A stretch of DNA of 64,000 nt from Lama glama (lineage: Eukaryota): the NCBI GenBank assembly GCA_028534125.1, contig CM052832.1:17052001-17116000 (forward strand), read 5' to 3'. The notes below the pieces were generated by a model. It was not told the DNA's origin. It made no database searches and worked only from the letters and a program-made list of their open reading frames with translations. Made by a program: the position numbers and the translations under genes. Shown here one piece after another: positions 63,857 to 64,000 of the stretch; position 1 is the stretch's first letter, and each line of letters begins with the position of its first letter.

Positions 63857-64000
63857 ATGTTCCCTTTGCGCCAGGACAGCCAGGATGAGGGCATTTGCCC
63901 CATCTGCCCCATCTGCCAAGAGTGCCTGAAGGAGGCGGTGAGCACTGACTGCGGACACCTCTTCTGTCGAATATGCCTGGCACGGCACCTGGAGGAGACC
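63857..64000 (+). CDS. TRIM40: tripartite motif-containing 40, first coding exon (partial, runs off the window)
   Basis: MFPLRQDSQDEGICPICPICQECLKEAVSTDCGHLFCRICLARHLEET matches the TRIM40 N-terminus (MIPLQKDNQEEGVCPICQESLKEAVSTNCGHLFCRVCL) at the expected syntenic position. In-frame upstream ATG at 63845. Confidence 0.9.
   Translation, partial: MFPLRQDSQDEGICPICPICQECLKEAVSTDCGHLFCRICLARHLEET

Noticed and set aside
1..64000. CRISPR arrays, rRNA or prokaryotic-type systems
   Set aside because: No regularly spaced repeats or such genes were seen; the sequence is intron-containing mammalian DNA.

Overview
Mammalian genomic DNA from the MHC class I region. The animal is probably a camelid, inferred from two tRNA-Ala-derived SINEs that resemble the camelid Vic-1 family. 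Order on the + coordinates: (1) an 8-exon MHC class I heavy-chain gene, intact except for one nonsense codon in alpha3 and with an ISRE-less promoter; (2) a frameshifted TRIM26-like RING/B-box exon; (3) a 500-N gap; (4) POLR1H/ZNRD1 (last three coding exons), PPP1R11 (+) and RNF39 (-), the last two with interdigitated poly(A) signals; (5) about 21 kb of repeat-rich DNA with an orphan CpG-rich island and phase-compatible exon-like segments on the minus strand; (6) a decayed TRIM31-type B30.2/SPRY exon, with no other TRIM31 exon recognised in the sequence; (7) a second 500-N gap; (8) the start of TRIM40, whose RING has a CPIC-PIC duplication. Gene identities and repeat families were assigned by eye from remembered orthologues and consensus sequences, not by database search. 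No bacterial-type systems such as CRISPR are present.
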